DNA of 64,000 nucleotides from an uncultured Actinomycetota bacterium (GTDB lineage Bacteria > Actinomycetota > Actinomycetes > JAHEKZ01), in the NCBI GenBank assembly GCA_963718235.1, contig CAVQYR010000002.1, forward strand, positions 786,978-850,977, written 5' to 3'. The notes under the pieces were generated by a model. That model made no database searches and was not told where the DNA came from. It worked only from the letters and a program-made list of their open reading frames with translations. A program made the translations under genes and the position numbers. Shown one piece after another: positions 41,730-51,058 of this stretch (its first letter is position 1; every line of letters starts with the position of its first letter).

Positions 41730-43229
41730 TTGCAGGATTCGGCCCTCGCCCCCGAACGGCGCGAGTGTCGACGGTTGGGCATACTGACCGCCGAGGTGAG
41801 AACGGTGGCAGCACAGATCCCGGACCCGACAGGCTCACGGTTCCTTTCGTCGTTGGCCGACGCATCCCCACGGTCGCTGTGGCTCGACGATCCCGGCGCT
41901 CCTGAACCAGCCCCGGCCCTGGTCGGCCGGGTGCGGTGCGACCTGCTCGTCGTGGGTGGTGGCTTCACCGGCCTGTGGGCGGCCCTGCAGGCCAAGGAGG
42001 ACGACCCGTCGCTCGACGTCGTCGTCCTCGAGGGCCGCGAGGTGGGGTGGGCGGCGTCGGGTCGAAACGGTGGCTTCGTGTCCAGCAGCCTGACCCATGG
42101 GCTGATCAACGGCGTCGAGCGCTTCCCCGACGAGATGCAGACCCTCGAGCGACTGGGCCACGAGAACCTCCAGGGCATCGAGGAGTCGCTGAAGACCTAC
42201 GGGATCGACGCCGACTGGGAGCGCAACGGCGAGCTGACCGTCGCGTACGAGCCGTGGCAGATGGAGCACATCAAGACCATGCCCGAGCTGGGCGAGCGCT
42301 ACGGCAGCACCGTGGAGGTGTGGGACGCCGAGCGGATCCAGGCCGAGGTCGCGTCGCCGACCTACGTGGGGGCCGCGTACGAGGCCGAGGGGACCGCGCT
42401 GGTCAACCCGGCCAAGCTCGCGTGGGGGCTGCGGAAGGCGTGCCTCGACCTGGGGGTGCGACTGTTCGAGCGCACACCGGTGACCGGACTGGCCGAGGAG
42501 TCCGGTCGCATGGTTGCCACGACGGCTTACGGCCAGGTGCAGGCGAGCAAGGTCGCCTTGGGCACCAACGTGTTCCCGAGCCTGGTGAGACGGGCCCGCC
42601 CGTACGTCGTGCCGGTGTGGGACTACGTGCTGGCGACCGAGCCGCTGACCGCTGACCAGCGCGCGTCGATCGGCTGGCAGCAGCGGCAGGGGATCGGTGA
42701 CTCGGCCAACCAGTTCCACTACTACCGGCTGACGGCCGACGACCGGATCCTGTGGGGCGGCTACGACGCGATCTACTACTTCGGCAACGGCATGGACTCC
42801 AGGCACGAGCACCGCCCTGAGACCTACGCCAAGCTCGCCGCGCACTTCTTCACCACCTTCCCGCAGCTGGAGGGGGTGCGGTTCAGCCACGCCTGGGGTG
42901 GTGCGATCGACACCTGCACGCGGTTCTGTGCCTTCTGGGGACAGGCCTACGGCGGGAAGGTGGCCTATGTCGGCGGGTACACCGGCCTGGGCGTGGGGGC
43001 CACCCGGTTCGGTGCCCGGGTGCTGCTGGACCTGCTGTCGGGGCGGCCTACCCCGCGCACGGAGCTGGACTTCGTGCGAAACAAGCCGCTGCCCTTCCCC
43101 CCCGAGCCGGTGAAGTTCGCCGGGATCCAGCTGACTCGCTGGTCGATCGACCAGGCCGACCGGAACCAGGGGCGACGTAACTCCTGGCTGCGCACGCTCG
43201 ACCGGCTGGGCCTGGGCTTCGACTCCTGA
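41730..43229 (+). CDS. FAD-dependent oxidoreductase (DAO family, PuuB-like)
   Basis: DLLVVGGGFTGLWAALQA and GRNGGFVSS. True start probably a GTG near 41796-41805. Confidence 0.7.
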   Translation: MQDSALAPERRECRRLGILTAEVRTVAAQIPDPTGSRFLSSLADASPRSLWLDDPGAPEPAPALVGRVRCDLLVVGGGFTGLWAALQAKEDDPSLDVVVLEGREVGWAASGRNGGFVSSSLTHGLINGVERFPDEMQTLERLGHENLQGIEESLKTYGIDADWERNGELTVAYEPWQMEHIKTMPELGERYGSTVEVWDAERIQAEVASPTYVGAAYEAEGTALVNPAKLAWGLRKACLDLGVRLFERTPVTGLAEESGRMVATTAYGQVQASKVALGTNVFPSLVRRARPYVVPVWDYVLATEPLTADQRASIGWQQRQGIGDSANQFHYYRLTADDRILWGGYDAIYYFGNGMDSRHEHRPETYAKLAAHFFTTFPQLEGVRFSHAWGGAIDTCTRFCAFWGQAYGGKVAYVGGYTGLGVGATRFGARVLLDLLSGRPTPRTELDFVRNKPLPFPPEPVKFAGIQLTRWSIDQADRNQGRRNSWLRTLDRLGLGFDS

Positions 43230-43365
43230 CCCAGCAAGTCGGTTTGCAGGGTGTATCCCAGACTGCTGGATCAGCGACAGCGTGCGACTTGATCGATCGG
43301 CTGCCGCGCGAGCAGACTGGGTGCACCGCGCAGACTCACCTCACCGGCACCAGGAAGGCACCGTC

Positions 43366-44871
43366 ATGAGCAGCCCAGCGAGCAAGCACGTCACCCACTG
43401 GATCGACGGCAAGCCGTTCGGTGGGGTGGCCGACCGCAGCGGGGACATCTTCGACCCGGCCACCGGCCAGGTCACCGGTCGGGTCGACTTCGCCGACGTC
43501 GCCCTCGTCGACGAGGCCGTCGCAGCCGCCCATGCAGCGGCCCAGGAGTGGGGACAGGCGTCGCTGGCCAAGCGCACCCAGGTGCTCTTCAGGTTCCGCG
43601 AGCTGCTCGACGCCCGCAAGGAGGAGATCGCCGCGATCATCACCGCCGAGCACGGCAAGGTGCTGTCGGACGCGCTCGGTGAGGTGAGCCGCGGCCAGGA
43701 GATCGTCGAGTTCGCCTGCGGGATCCCCCATCTGGTCAAGGGCGGGTTCTCCGAGAACGTGTCGACCCGGGTCGACTCGTACTCGATCCGTCAGTCCCTC
43801 GGTGTGGTTGGCATCATCAGCCCGTTCAACTTCCCGGCGATGGTCCCGATGTGGTTCTTCCCGATCGCCATCGCCACCGGCAACACCGTGATCCTCAAGC
43901 CCAGTGAGAAGGACCCCTCCACCGCCAACTACCTGGCCGAGCTGTGGGCCGAGGCGGGACTCCCGGCGGGCGTCTTCAACGTGGTGCACGGCGACAAGGT
44001 GGCCGTCGACCGGCTGCTGGAGCACCCGGACGTCAAGAGCATCTCGTTCGTCGGCTCGACGCCGATCGCCAAGTACGTGTACGAGACGGGTACCGCGCAC
44101 GGAAAGCGCGTTCAGGCCCTCGGCGGGGCGAAGAACCACATGCTGGTGCTGCCCGACGCCGACCTCGACCTCGCCGCGGACCAGGCGATCAACGCCGGCT
44201 TCGGATCTGCGGGTGAGCGCTGCATGGCGATCTCGGTGGTGCTCGCGGTCGACCCGATCGGCGACGAGCTGATCGCCAAGATCGTGGAGCGGATGGGCCG
44301 GCTGCGCACGGGCGACGGTCGTCGCGGCGCCGACATGGGTCCGCTCGTGACCGGGCAGCACCGGGACAAGGTGACCGGGTATGTGGCGGCCGGTGTCGAC
44401 GAGGGGGCGACCCTGGTCGTCGACGGTCGCGACGTTCAGCCCGACGGCGACGCCGACGGCTTCTGGCTCGGGCCGACGCTCTTCGACCAGGTCACCCCTG
44501 ACATGTCCATCTACAAGGAGGAGATCTTCGGCCCGGTGCTCTCGGTCGTCCGGGTGCCCTCCTACGACGCCGGGGTGCGCCTCATCAACGACCACCCCTA
44601 CGGCAACGGAACGGCGATCTTCACCAACGACGGGGGAGCGGCGCGCCGGTTCCAGAACGAGGTCGAGGTCGGCATGATCGGGGTCAACGTCCCGATCCCC
44701 GTGCCGATGGCGTACTACTCGTTCGGCGGCTGGAAGAGCTCGCTGTTCGGAGACCTGCACGCTCATGGTCTGGACGGCATCGCGTTCTTCACTCGTGGCA
44801 AGGTCGTGACCAGCCGCTGGCTGGACCCGAGCCACGGAGGCCTGAACCTCGGGTTCCCCCAGAACATCTGA
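43366..44871 (+). CDS. mmsA: CoA-acylating methylmalonate/malonate-semialdehyde dehydrogenase
   Basis: Full-length MmsA-type ALDH with GSAGERCMA active-site region. Confidence 0.8.
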   Translation: MSSPASKHVTHWIDGKPFGGVADRSGDIFDPATGQVTGRVDFADVALVDEAVAAAHAAAQEWGQASLAKRTQVLFRFRELLDARKEEIAAIITAEHGKVLSDALGEVSRGQEIVEFACGIPHLVKGGFSENVSTRVDSYSIRQSLGVVGIISPFNFPAMVPMWFFPIAIATGNTVILKPSEKDPSTANYLAELWAEAGLPAGVFNVVHGDKVAVDRLLEHPDVKSISFVGSTPIAKYVYETGTAHGKRVQALGGAKNHMLVLPDADLDLAADQAINAGFGSAGERCMAISVVLAVDPIGDELIAKIVERMGRLRTGDGRRGADMGPLVTGQHRDKVTGYVAAGVDEGATLVVDGRDVQPDGDADGFWLGPTLFDQVTPDMSIYKEEIFGPVLSVVRVPSYDAGVRLINDHPYGNGTAIFTNDGGAARRFQNEVEVGMIGVNVPIPVPMAYYSFGGWKSSLFGDLHAHGLDGIAFFTRGKVVTSRWLDPSHGGLNLGFPQNI

Positions 44872-44938
44872 CACCAGAACACCTGACACCCGGTTGGCCG
44901 ATCGACGCGGGTGGCACCGTGGTCGACCATGACTCCTT

Positions 44939-45445
44939 GTGACCGCGCGACTGGCCGACCCACGAACTGACGTCGTCGCTGTGCTCCGTCGGTTCCACGC
45001 AGCGGTGGCCGAGCGCCGCGGCGAGCAGGAAGTCGTCGATGCGGTCGCCTCCTTCGCCCGTGAGACCTTCGCGGCGGCGTCGGTGACGGTCAACCACATG
45101 GACCACGTGCGCGGCCACTATCGGTCAGTGGTCAACCTCGGTCACCTCGGACCGGGTGAGTCGCTGCACCCGGCCGACGAGACCCACGGGTTCGCCGACT
45201 ACCCGTGGACCACGATGGCGCTGCTCGCCGGCCGCGGCTACCGCTCCCACCTGTCGGACCCCGACTGCCCGGTGGAGTACCAGCAGCTGCTGCGCAGGCT
45301 GGGCAAGCCGGCGTGCCTCGGCGCGCCCATCCGCAGACAGGGAACGGTGATGGGTGAGCTGTGGCTCAGCCGGGACGACCCGTTCGCCGACCGCGACGTC
45401 GACCTGCTGACGGCGCTCGGGGCAGCGACCGCCCGCTACCTGTGA
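44939..45445 (+). CDS. stand-alone GAF-domain protein
   Basis: 168 aa, GAF-like pattern. Weak assignment. Confidence 0.45.
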   Translation: MTARLADPRTDVVAVLRRFHAAVAERRGEQEVVDAVASFARETFAAASVTVNHMDHVRGHYRSVVNLGHLGPGESLHPADETHGFADYPWTTMALLAGRGYRSHLSDPDCPVEYQQLLRRLGKPACLGAPIRRQGTVMGELWLSRDDPFADRDVDLLTALGAATARYL

Positions 45446-45537
45446 AAGGCCCTGCCGCGGGGGCGGTCAGGGACCTGCGGGGGCCGGCTTCGGTGTCCGG
45501 GTCTCGCCGGTGAGGTCGGGTCAGTAGGCTCGTCCTC

Positions 45538-46566
45538 GTGACGCGATACGGACCCATGTTCGGCCCAGACATCACCTTCCTCGGCGTGCCGCGCTGCACC
45601 GTCGACGAGCCGGACACCTACGCCGATGCCGACGTCGTCATCGTCGGGGCGCCCTTCGACGGCGGCACCTCGCACCGACCTGGGACGAGGTTCGGTCCGA
45701 TGGCCATGCGGGGCACCGACTACCTCCCCCACGACGGCTCGCGCCCGCACATGGCGATGCGGGTCGATGCGCTCACCGACGACCTGACCGTCGTCGACGC
45801 CGGTGACCTCGAGGTGTACTCCGGCGACGTCGTCCGCAGCTGCGCCACGATCGAGCAGGCCGTGAGCACGATCGCCGCAGCCGGCAAGGTGCCCCTCGTC
45901 CTGGGTGGTGACCACACGATCACCTGGCCCGACGTCACCGGTGTGGCGCATGCGTACGGTTTCGGCCGGGTCGCGGTCATCCACTTCGACGCCCACGCCG
46001 ACACCGGCGACATCGAGTTCGGGTCGCTGTACGGACACGGTCAGCCGATGCGCAGGCTGATCGAGTCCGGGGCGGCGCGAGGGGACCGGTTCCTGCAGAT
46101 CGGGTTGCGCGGCTACTGGCCCGGCCCGGAGACCCTCGACTGGATGGCCGACGAGGGCATGCGGTCGTTCCACATGAGCGAGATCGTCGAGCGCGGTCTC
46201 GACGCAGTGCTCGACGAGGCCTTCTCGATCGCGACCGACGACTGCGACGCGGTGTTCTTGTCCGTGGACATCGACGTCTGCGACCCCGGGCACGCGCCCG
46301 GAACCGGCACGCCAGAGCCCGGAGGGCTCACGGCCCGCCAGCTGCTCGACGCGGTGTCCCGGATCTGCTACGAGCTGCCGGTGGCGGGGATTGACGTGGT
46401 CGAGGTCTCCCCGCCGTACGACCACGCCGAGATCACCGTGCTGCTCGGCAACCGGGTCGTGCTGGAGTCCTTGGCCGGGCTGGCCCGCCGGGCCCGCGAC
46501 GCGGAGTCCGGGACCGTGTGGAACCGGGCCACGCCCCTGCTGGACGGTCGCGGCACCGCGCGCTGA
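45538..46566 (+). CDS. agmatinase / ureohydrolase (arginase family)
   Basis: Mn-binding motifs GGDHTIT, DAHADT, SVDIDVCDPG. Confidence 0.75.
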   Translation: MTRYGPMFGPDITFLGVPRCTVDEPDTYADADVVIVGAPFDGGTSHRPGTRFGPMAMRGTDYLPHDGSRPHMAMRVDALTDDLTVVDAGDLEVYSGDVVRSCATIEQAVSTIAAAGKVPLVLGGDHTITWPDVTGVAHAYGFGRVAVIHFDAHADTGDIEFGSLYGHGQPMRRLIESGAARGDRFLQIGLRGYWPGPETLDWMADEGMRSFHMSEIVERGLDAVLDEAFSIATDDCDAVFLSVDIDVCDPGHAPGTGTPEPGGLTARQLLDAVSRICYELPVAGIDVVEVSPPYDHAEITVLLGNRVVLESLAGLARRARDAESGTVWNRATPLLDGRGTAR

Positions 46567-46637
46567 GGCCCCCGCGAGGCAGGTCGGCCCCGCGGCTGAT
46601 CGCACTGATTACTCTGCGTGACGATGCCTGACCCCTC

Positions 46638-46730
46638 GTGTCCACCCGTTCGGGCGACCAACTCCGGCCCCCGCGATGGCGACAACTAGTCCCAGGGGGG
46701 ACCGAGCTACCGGCCGTTCCCACCCGTTCG
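46638..46730 (+). promoter_or_regulatory. direct repeat GT(g/t)(t/c)CCACCCGTTCG x2 spaced 78 bp, upstream of the twin peptide genes
   Basis: Exact 11-mer CCACCCGTTCG at 46642-46652 and 46720-46730. Confidence 0.3.
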
Positions 46731-46754
46731 TCGCAACGCAAGGGAAGGGGAGCG

Positions 46755-46859
46755 ATGAAGAAGATCGACAAGGGGACCCTGGTGCGCGGCTCTGCCGCAC
46801 TCGCAGGTCTCGTCGCCCTGGTCTCCACGGTCGGAGCCGGGACCAAGTGGATGCACTGA
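46755..46859 (+). CDS. 34-aa hydrophobic peptide P1 (MKKIDKGTLVRGSAALAGLVALVSTVGAGTKWMH)
   Basis: GGAAGGGGAG RBS. Paralogous to P2. Reduced GC3 codons. Confidence 0.45.
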   Translation: MKKIDKGTLVRGSAALAGLVALVSTVGAGTKWMH

Positions 46860-46871
46860 GAGGGGGATGAC

Positions 46872-46976
46872 ATGGAAGACATCAAGACCGCAGTCATCTC
46901 TCGGGTCTTGATCAGCGCCGGCACGGTCGTGACTCTCGTCTCGGTCGTCGGTGCAGGTCGGAAATGGTGTCACTGA
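46872..46976 (+). CDS. 34-aa hydrophobic peptide P2 (MEDIKTAVISRVLISAGTVVTLVSVVGAGRKWCH)
   Basis: AGAGGGGGA RBS. Conserved C-terminal LVSxVGAGxKWxH shared with P1. Its stop overlaps the ATG of the GGDEF-EAL gene. Confidence 0.45.
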   Translation: MEDIKTAVISRVLISAGTVVTLVSVVGAGRKWCH

Positions 46977-49102
46977 CACCACGCCGTGGAGGGGTCGCCG
47001 GCTCGCCGGCGGCCCCTCGTCGTCATGACACGTTGCCGCTCGAGGTCTACATCGCCACGGTGTCGGTCATCGGTGTCTCCCTGCTCGCCCTGACCTGGTG
47101 GTTGGTCCCACCTGCCTTGATGTTCAGCGCCGCGACCTGGACCGATGCCACGTCGCCGGTGACCGTCGTCCTGCTGCTCGGCATCGCGCTCGTGCTCGGT
47201 GAGCTGCGCCCGATCCCGATCTCGCGCGGAGGCGACCTCACCGACTGGATCTCCATCTCGACCACGTTCGCTGTGGCCCTGATCGTCCTGGGGCCGGTCA
47301 GTGTCGCCGTCGTCGCGCAGGCCGCGGCCGTCCTGATCGACGACGTGCGGATGCGCCGCGCGTTCAGCAAGGTGGCGTTCAACGTCGGCCAGTACGTCAT
47401 CACGATCATCGCGGCCCGGGTGGTCTACAGCCTGGTCTCGGGCACCCCCTTCGCGGCGCCGGCCACCACCTTCGAACCGACACCGGCAGCACTGCTCGGT
47501 GCGATCGCGGCGGGAGCCATGTTCGTGCTCGTCAACCACGGGCTCGTGTCGACCGTGGTCGCACTCCAGAGCCGGCAGCCGATCCTGGTGATCATGAGCG
47601 GTGACATCCGCTTCCAGTCCATGACCAACGGGGTCCTGGCGGCGCTCGGTCCCATCGCCGCGGTCGCCGTGCAGCAGCAACCGCTCATGCTGCCCCTCCT
47701 CATCGCACCGGTCCTGGCGGTGTACCGCAGCGCCGACCTGGCGATCCAGAAGGAGCGACAGGCGCACCACGACACCCTGACCGAGCTGCCGAACCGCGAG
47801 CTCTTCCGCGACAAGGCGGAGCGGGCGCTGGCCGAGTCCCAGCGGTCGGGCGTGCCGCTCGCGGTGATGATGATCGACCTGGACCACTTCAAGGAGATCA
47901 ACGACACCCTGGGCCACCACATCGGCGACGACCTGATCCGAGAGGTCGCCACCAGGCTGGACCAGGCGCGTCCCATCGGCTCCACGGTGGCCCGCCTGGG
48001 CGGTGACGAGTTCGCCGTCCTGCTGCCCGACGTACCAGACCTCTCGGTGGCCGAGGAGGTCGCCACGTACATGCTCTCGGTGCTCGGCAAGTCGCTGTCC
48101 GCCGGCGGGGTGCGGCTCGTCGTCCAGGCCAGCATCGGGATCTCGCTGGCGCCCGACCACGGGCACGACGTGCACACCCTGATGAAGAACGCCGACATCG
48201 CGTTGTACGAGGCCAAGCGGGAGCGAGCCAGGTTCTGCGCCTACCAGCCCGACGAGGACGTCCACACGCCGCAGCGGCTCGCGATCCTGGCCGACCTGCG
48301 CACCGCCGTGGACGAGGGGCAGCTCTTCCTGGAGTTCCAGCCCAAGATCGACCTGGCGACCGACACCGTGATGGGTGCGGAGGCCCTGGTGCGGTGGAAC
48401 CACCCCACGCGGGGCATCATCAGGCCGGACGACTTCATCCCCCTCGCCGAGAACACCGGGCTGATCACCCCGATCACCTGGTTCGTCATCGAGCGGTCCC
48501 TGCAGCAGTGCCGCTACTGGCGTGACCAGGGCCTGCCCCTCGGGGTGGCGGTGAACCTCTCGGTGCGCCACCTCAGTGACATGAGCCTGCCCGACCGGAT
48601 CGGCGTCGCCCTCGAACGCTGGGGTGTGCCGGCGTCGGAGCTCACCGTCGAGGTCACCGAGAGCAGCATCATGACCGACCCCCAGCGCGCGATGGGGGTC
48701 ATCCGACACCTGCGCCAGGTGGGGATCGGTGTCGCGATCGACGACTACGGGACCGGCCACGCGTCGTTGACGTACCTCAAGCGTCTCGAGATCGACGAGC
48801 TGAAGATCGACAAGTCGTTCATCATGCACATGTCCGCCGAGGGCAACGACCCGATCATCGTCCGGTCGACCATCGAGCTGGGGCACAACCTCGGACTCCG
48901 GATCGTGGCCGAGGGCGTCGAGGACGCCGACACGTTGGGCTGGCTGCGCGAGGTGGGCTGTGACGTCGCCCAGGGCTACCACATGGCCCGACCGATGGCC
49001 CCGGAGGCCGTCGAGGAGCTGGCCCGACGCCGGCTGGGCGAGCCGACGGAGACGCCCGTGCTGTCCAGCGGCGGACGACTGCGCCTGGTGGGAACGGCAT
49101 GA
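46964..49102 (+). CDS. polytopic membrane sensor fused to GGDEF diguanylate cyclase and EAL phosphodiesterase domains
   Basis: About 8 predicted TM helices. Intact RLGGDEFAV and EALVRW motifs. Confidence 0.8.
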   Translation: MVSLTPRRGGVAGSPAAPRRHDTLPLEVYIATVSVIGVSLLALTWWLVPPALMFSAATWTDATSPVTVVLLLGIALVLGELRPIPISRGGDLTDWISISTTFAVALIVLGPVSVAVVAQAAAVLIDDVRMRRAFSKVAFNVGQYVITIIAARVVYSLVSGTPFAAPATTFEPTPAALLGAIAAGAMFVLVNHGLVSTVVALQSRQPILVIMSGDIRFQSMTNGVLAALGPIAAVAVQQQPLMLPLLIAPVLAVYRSADLAIQKERQAHHDTLTELPNRELFRDKAERALAESQRSGVPLAVMMIDLDHFKEINDTLGHHIGDDLIREVATRLDQARPIGSTVARLGGDEFAVLLPDVPDLSVAEEVATYMLSVLGKSLSAGGVRLVVQASIGISLAPDHGHDVHTLMKNADIALYEAKRERARFCAYQPDEDVHTPQRLAILADLRTAVDEGQLFLEFQPKIDLATDTVMGAEALVRWNHPTRGIIRPDDFIPLAENTGLITPITWFVIERSLQQCRYWRDQGLPLGVAVNLSVRHLSDMSLPDRIGVALERWGVPASELTVEVTESSIMTDPQRAMGVIRHLRQVGIGVAIDDYGTGHASLTYLKRLEIDELKIDKSFIMHMSAEGNDPIIVRSTIELGHNLGLRIVAEGVEDADTLGWLREVGCDVAQGYHMARPMAPEAVEELARRRLGEPTETPVLSSGGRLRLVGTA

Positions 49103-49112
49103 GGGGGACGAC

Positions 49113-49760
49113 ATGCTGATCCTCGTGCTGGCGGTTGCGGCTCTCGTGTCGCCCTTCCTGTTCGGTGGCCGGCTGAGTCGGCTGGCGCAGATCCACCTCA
49201 CTGCCGTGTGGATCCCGGTCGCCGCGCTGCTGGCTCAGATCGTGATCATCGAGGTCGTTCCGGACGCCTCACGCGTGGTCCTCGAGGCGGTGCACCTGGC
49301 CACCTACGTGGCGGCCGGGGTGTTCGTGGTGCTCAACCGTCGGGTTCCCGGACTCTTGATCATCGCGGTCGGCGCTGCCCTGAACGGGGTGACGATCGCC
49401 CTGAACGGCGGAACCCTTCCGGCCAGTGAGGCCGCCCAGCGACTGGCGGGCATCGAGTCGACCCCCGGTGAGTTCATCAACTCCGCCGCGCTGACCGACC
49501 CGGTGCTTCCGATGTTCGGCGACATCTTCGCCTGGCCGGCGCCGCTGCCGCTGGCGAACGTGTTCAGCCTGGGCGATGTGGTCATCGTGTTCGGAGCGTT
49601 CTACGGCGCGCAGAAGATCTGCGGGTCCCGCCTGGTCAAGCCCTGGCAGGAACGGGCAACCGACGAGGCTTCGGCCAGCGGCTCCGACAGCGTTCGCAGC
49701 GTGTCGCAGGAGAGCAGTGCGGCTCCTCACGCTCCAACGGAGTCGACTCCTCTAGTCTGA
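49113..49760 (+). CDS. integral membrane protein (DUF5317-like) downstream of the GGDEF-EAL gene
   Basis: GAGGGGGA RBS. Four hydrophobic helices then an acidic/Ser-rich tail. Confidence 0.5.
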   Translation: MLILVLAVAALVSPFLFGGRLSRLAQIHLTAVWIPVAALLAQIVIIEVVPDASRVVLEAVHLATYVAAGVFVVLNRRVPGLLIIAVGAALNGVTIALNGGTLPASEAAQRLAGIESTPGEFINSAALTDPVLPMFGDIFAWPAPLPLANVFSLGDVVIVFGAFYGAQKICGSRLVKPWQERATDEASASGSDSVRSVSQESSAAPHAPTESTPLV

Positions 49761-49826
49761 CCGGATCGTTGGTCGTCACCTGGGCGGCGGCCAGGCTGCC
49801 GGCGTCCCGAAAGGACCCTCAACTCC

Positions 49827-51047
49827 ATGCGAATCCTGCTCATCGGAGCCGGCGGCGTCGGCTCGGCCGTGGTTCCGATCGCGGCCCGGCGGTCGTTCTT
49901 CGAGACGATGGTGGTCGCCGACTACGACCGCGCGCGAGCCGATCGGGCCGTGGCGCAGGTCGGGGACCCGCGGTTCGTGGCCGACCAGGTGGACGCGTCG
50001 AACGCCGAGTCCGTGGCGGACCTCGTCCGTTCGCACCGGATCACCCATGTGCTGAACGCGGTCGACCCGCGCTTCGTGCTGCCGATCTTCAACGGCGCAC
50101 TCGCCGGAGGTTCCGACTACCTCGACCTGGCCATGTCGCTCTCCTTCCCGCACGCCGACGACCCCTACCACCAGACGGGGGTGAAGCTGGGTGACGAACA
50201 GTTCGCCGCCGCCAAGGAGTGGGAGCAGCACGGCCGCCTCGCGCTCGTCGGCATCGGCGTCGAGCCCGGGCTGTCCGACGTCTTCGCCCGATACGCGGCC
50301 GACGAGCTGTTCAGCGAGATCGACGAGGCAGGGGTGCGTGACGGCTCCAATCTCGAGGTCGACGGGTACACGTTCGCGCCGTCCTTCTCGATCTGGACGA
50401 CGATCGAGGAGTGCCTGAACCCACCGGTGATCTGGGAGAAGGGCAGGGGATGGTTCACCACCGCCCCCTTCTCCGAGCCGGAGGTGTTCGACTTCCCCGA
50501 CGGGATCGGACCGGTGGAGTGCGTGAACGTCGAGCACGAGGAGGTTCTGCTCATCCCACGATGGGTCGACTGCAAGCGGGCGACCTTCAAGTACGGGCTG
50601 GGCGAGGACTTCATCAACGTGCTGCAGGTGCTGCACAAGCTCGGGCTGGACCGCACCCAACCGCTGGCCGTCGGGTCGGTGGAGGTGAGCCCCCGTGACG
50701 TGGTGGCTGCCCTCCTGCCCGACCCGGCCTCGCTCGGCGACCGGATGAGAGGCAAGACGTGTGCCGGCACGTGGGTCACCGGAACGGGCAAGGACGGGCG
50801 GCCGCGCCAGGTGTACCTGTACCACGTCGTCGACAACGAGTGGTCGATGCGGGAGTACGGGTCGCAGGCCGTGGTGTGGCAGACAGCAGTGAACCCGGTG
50901 ATCGCTCTGGAGCTGTTGTCCAACGGGTCATGGTCGGGGGCCGGGGTCCTCGGACCGGAGGCCTTCCCGCCCGTCCCGTTCCTGGACGCCCTGGTCGACT
51001 ACGGCTCACCGTGGGCGATCCGCGAGGAGACCCCGGCCGCCGAGTAG
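49827..51047 (+). CDS. saccharopine-dehydrogenase-family NAD(P)-binding oxidoreductase (possibly carboxy(nor)spermidine or lysine metabolism)
   Basis: MRILLIGAGGVGSAV Rossmann start. About 400 aa Sacchrp_dh architecture. Confidence 0.65.
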   Translation: MRILLIGAGGVGSAVVPIAARRSFFETMVVADYDRARADRAVAQVGDPRFVADQVDASNAESVADLVRSHRITHVLNAVDPRFVLPIFNGALAGGSDYLDLAMSLSFPHADDPYHQTGVKLGDEQFAAAKEWEQHGRLALVGIGVEPGLSDVFARYAADELFSEIDEAGVRDGSNLEVDGYTFAPSFSIWTTIEECLNPPVIWEKGRGWFTTAPFSEPEVFDFPDGIGPVECVNVEHEEVLLIPRWVDCKRATFKYGLGEDFINVLQVLHKLGLDRTQPLAVGSVEVSPRDVVAALLPDPASLGDRMRGKTCAGTWVTGTGKDGRPRQVYLYHVVDNEWSMREYGSQAVVWQTAVNPVIALELLSNGSWSGAGVLGPEAFPPVPFLDALVDYGSPWAIREETPAAE

Positions 51048-51058
51048 CCGCGCGGCGG

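Noticed and set aside
43336-45099. 587-aa minus-strand ORF antisense to mmsA.
   Set aside because: Shadow ORF. The plus-strand MmsA homology is unambiguous.
46970-49201. 743-aa minus-strand ORF antisense to the GGDEF-EAL gene.
   Set aside because: Shadow ORF. The plus strand carries intact GGDEF and EAL motifs.
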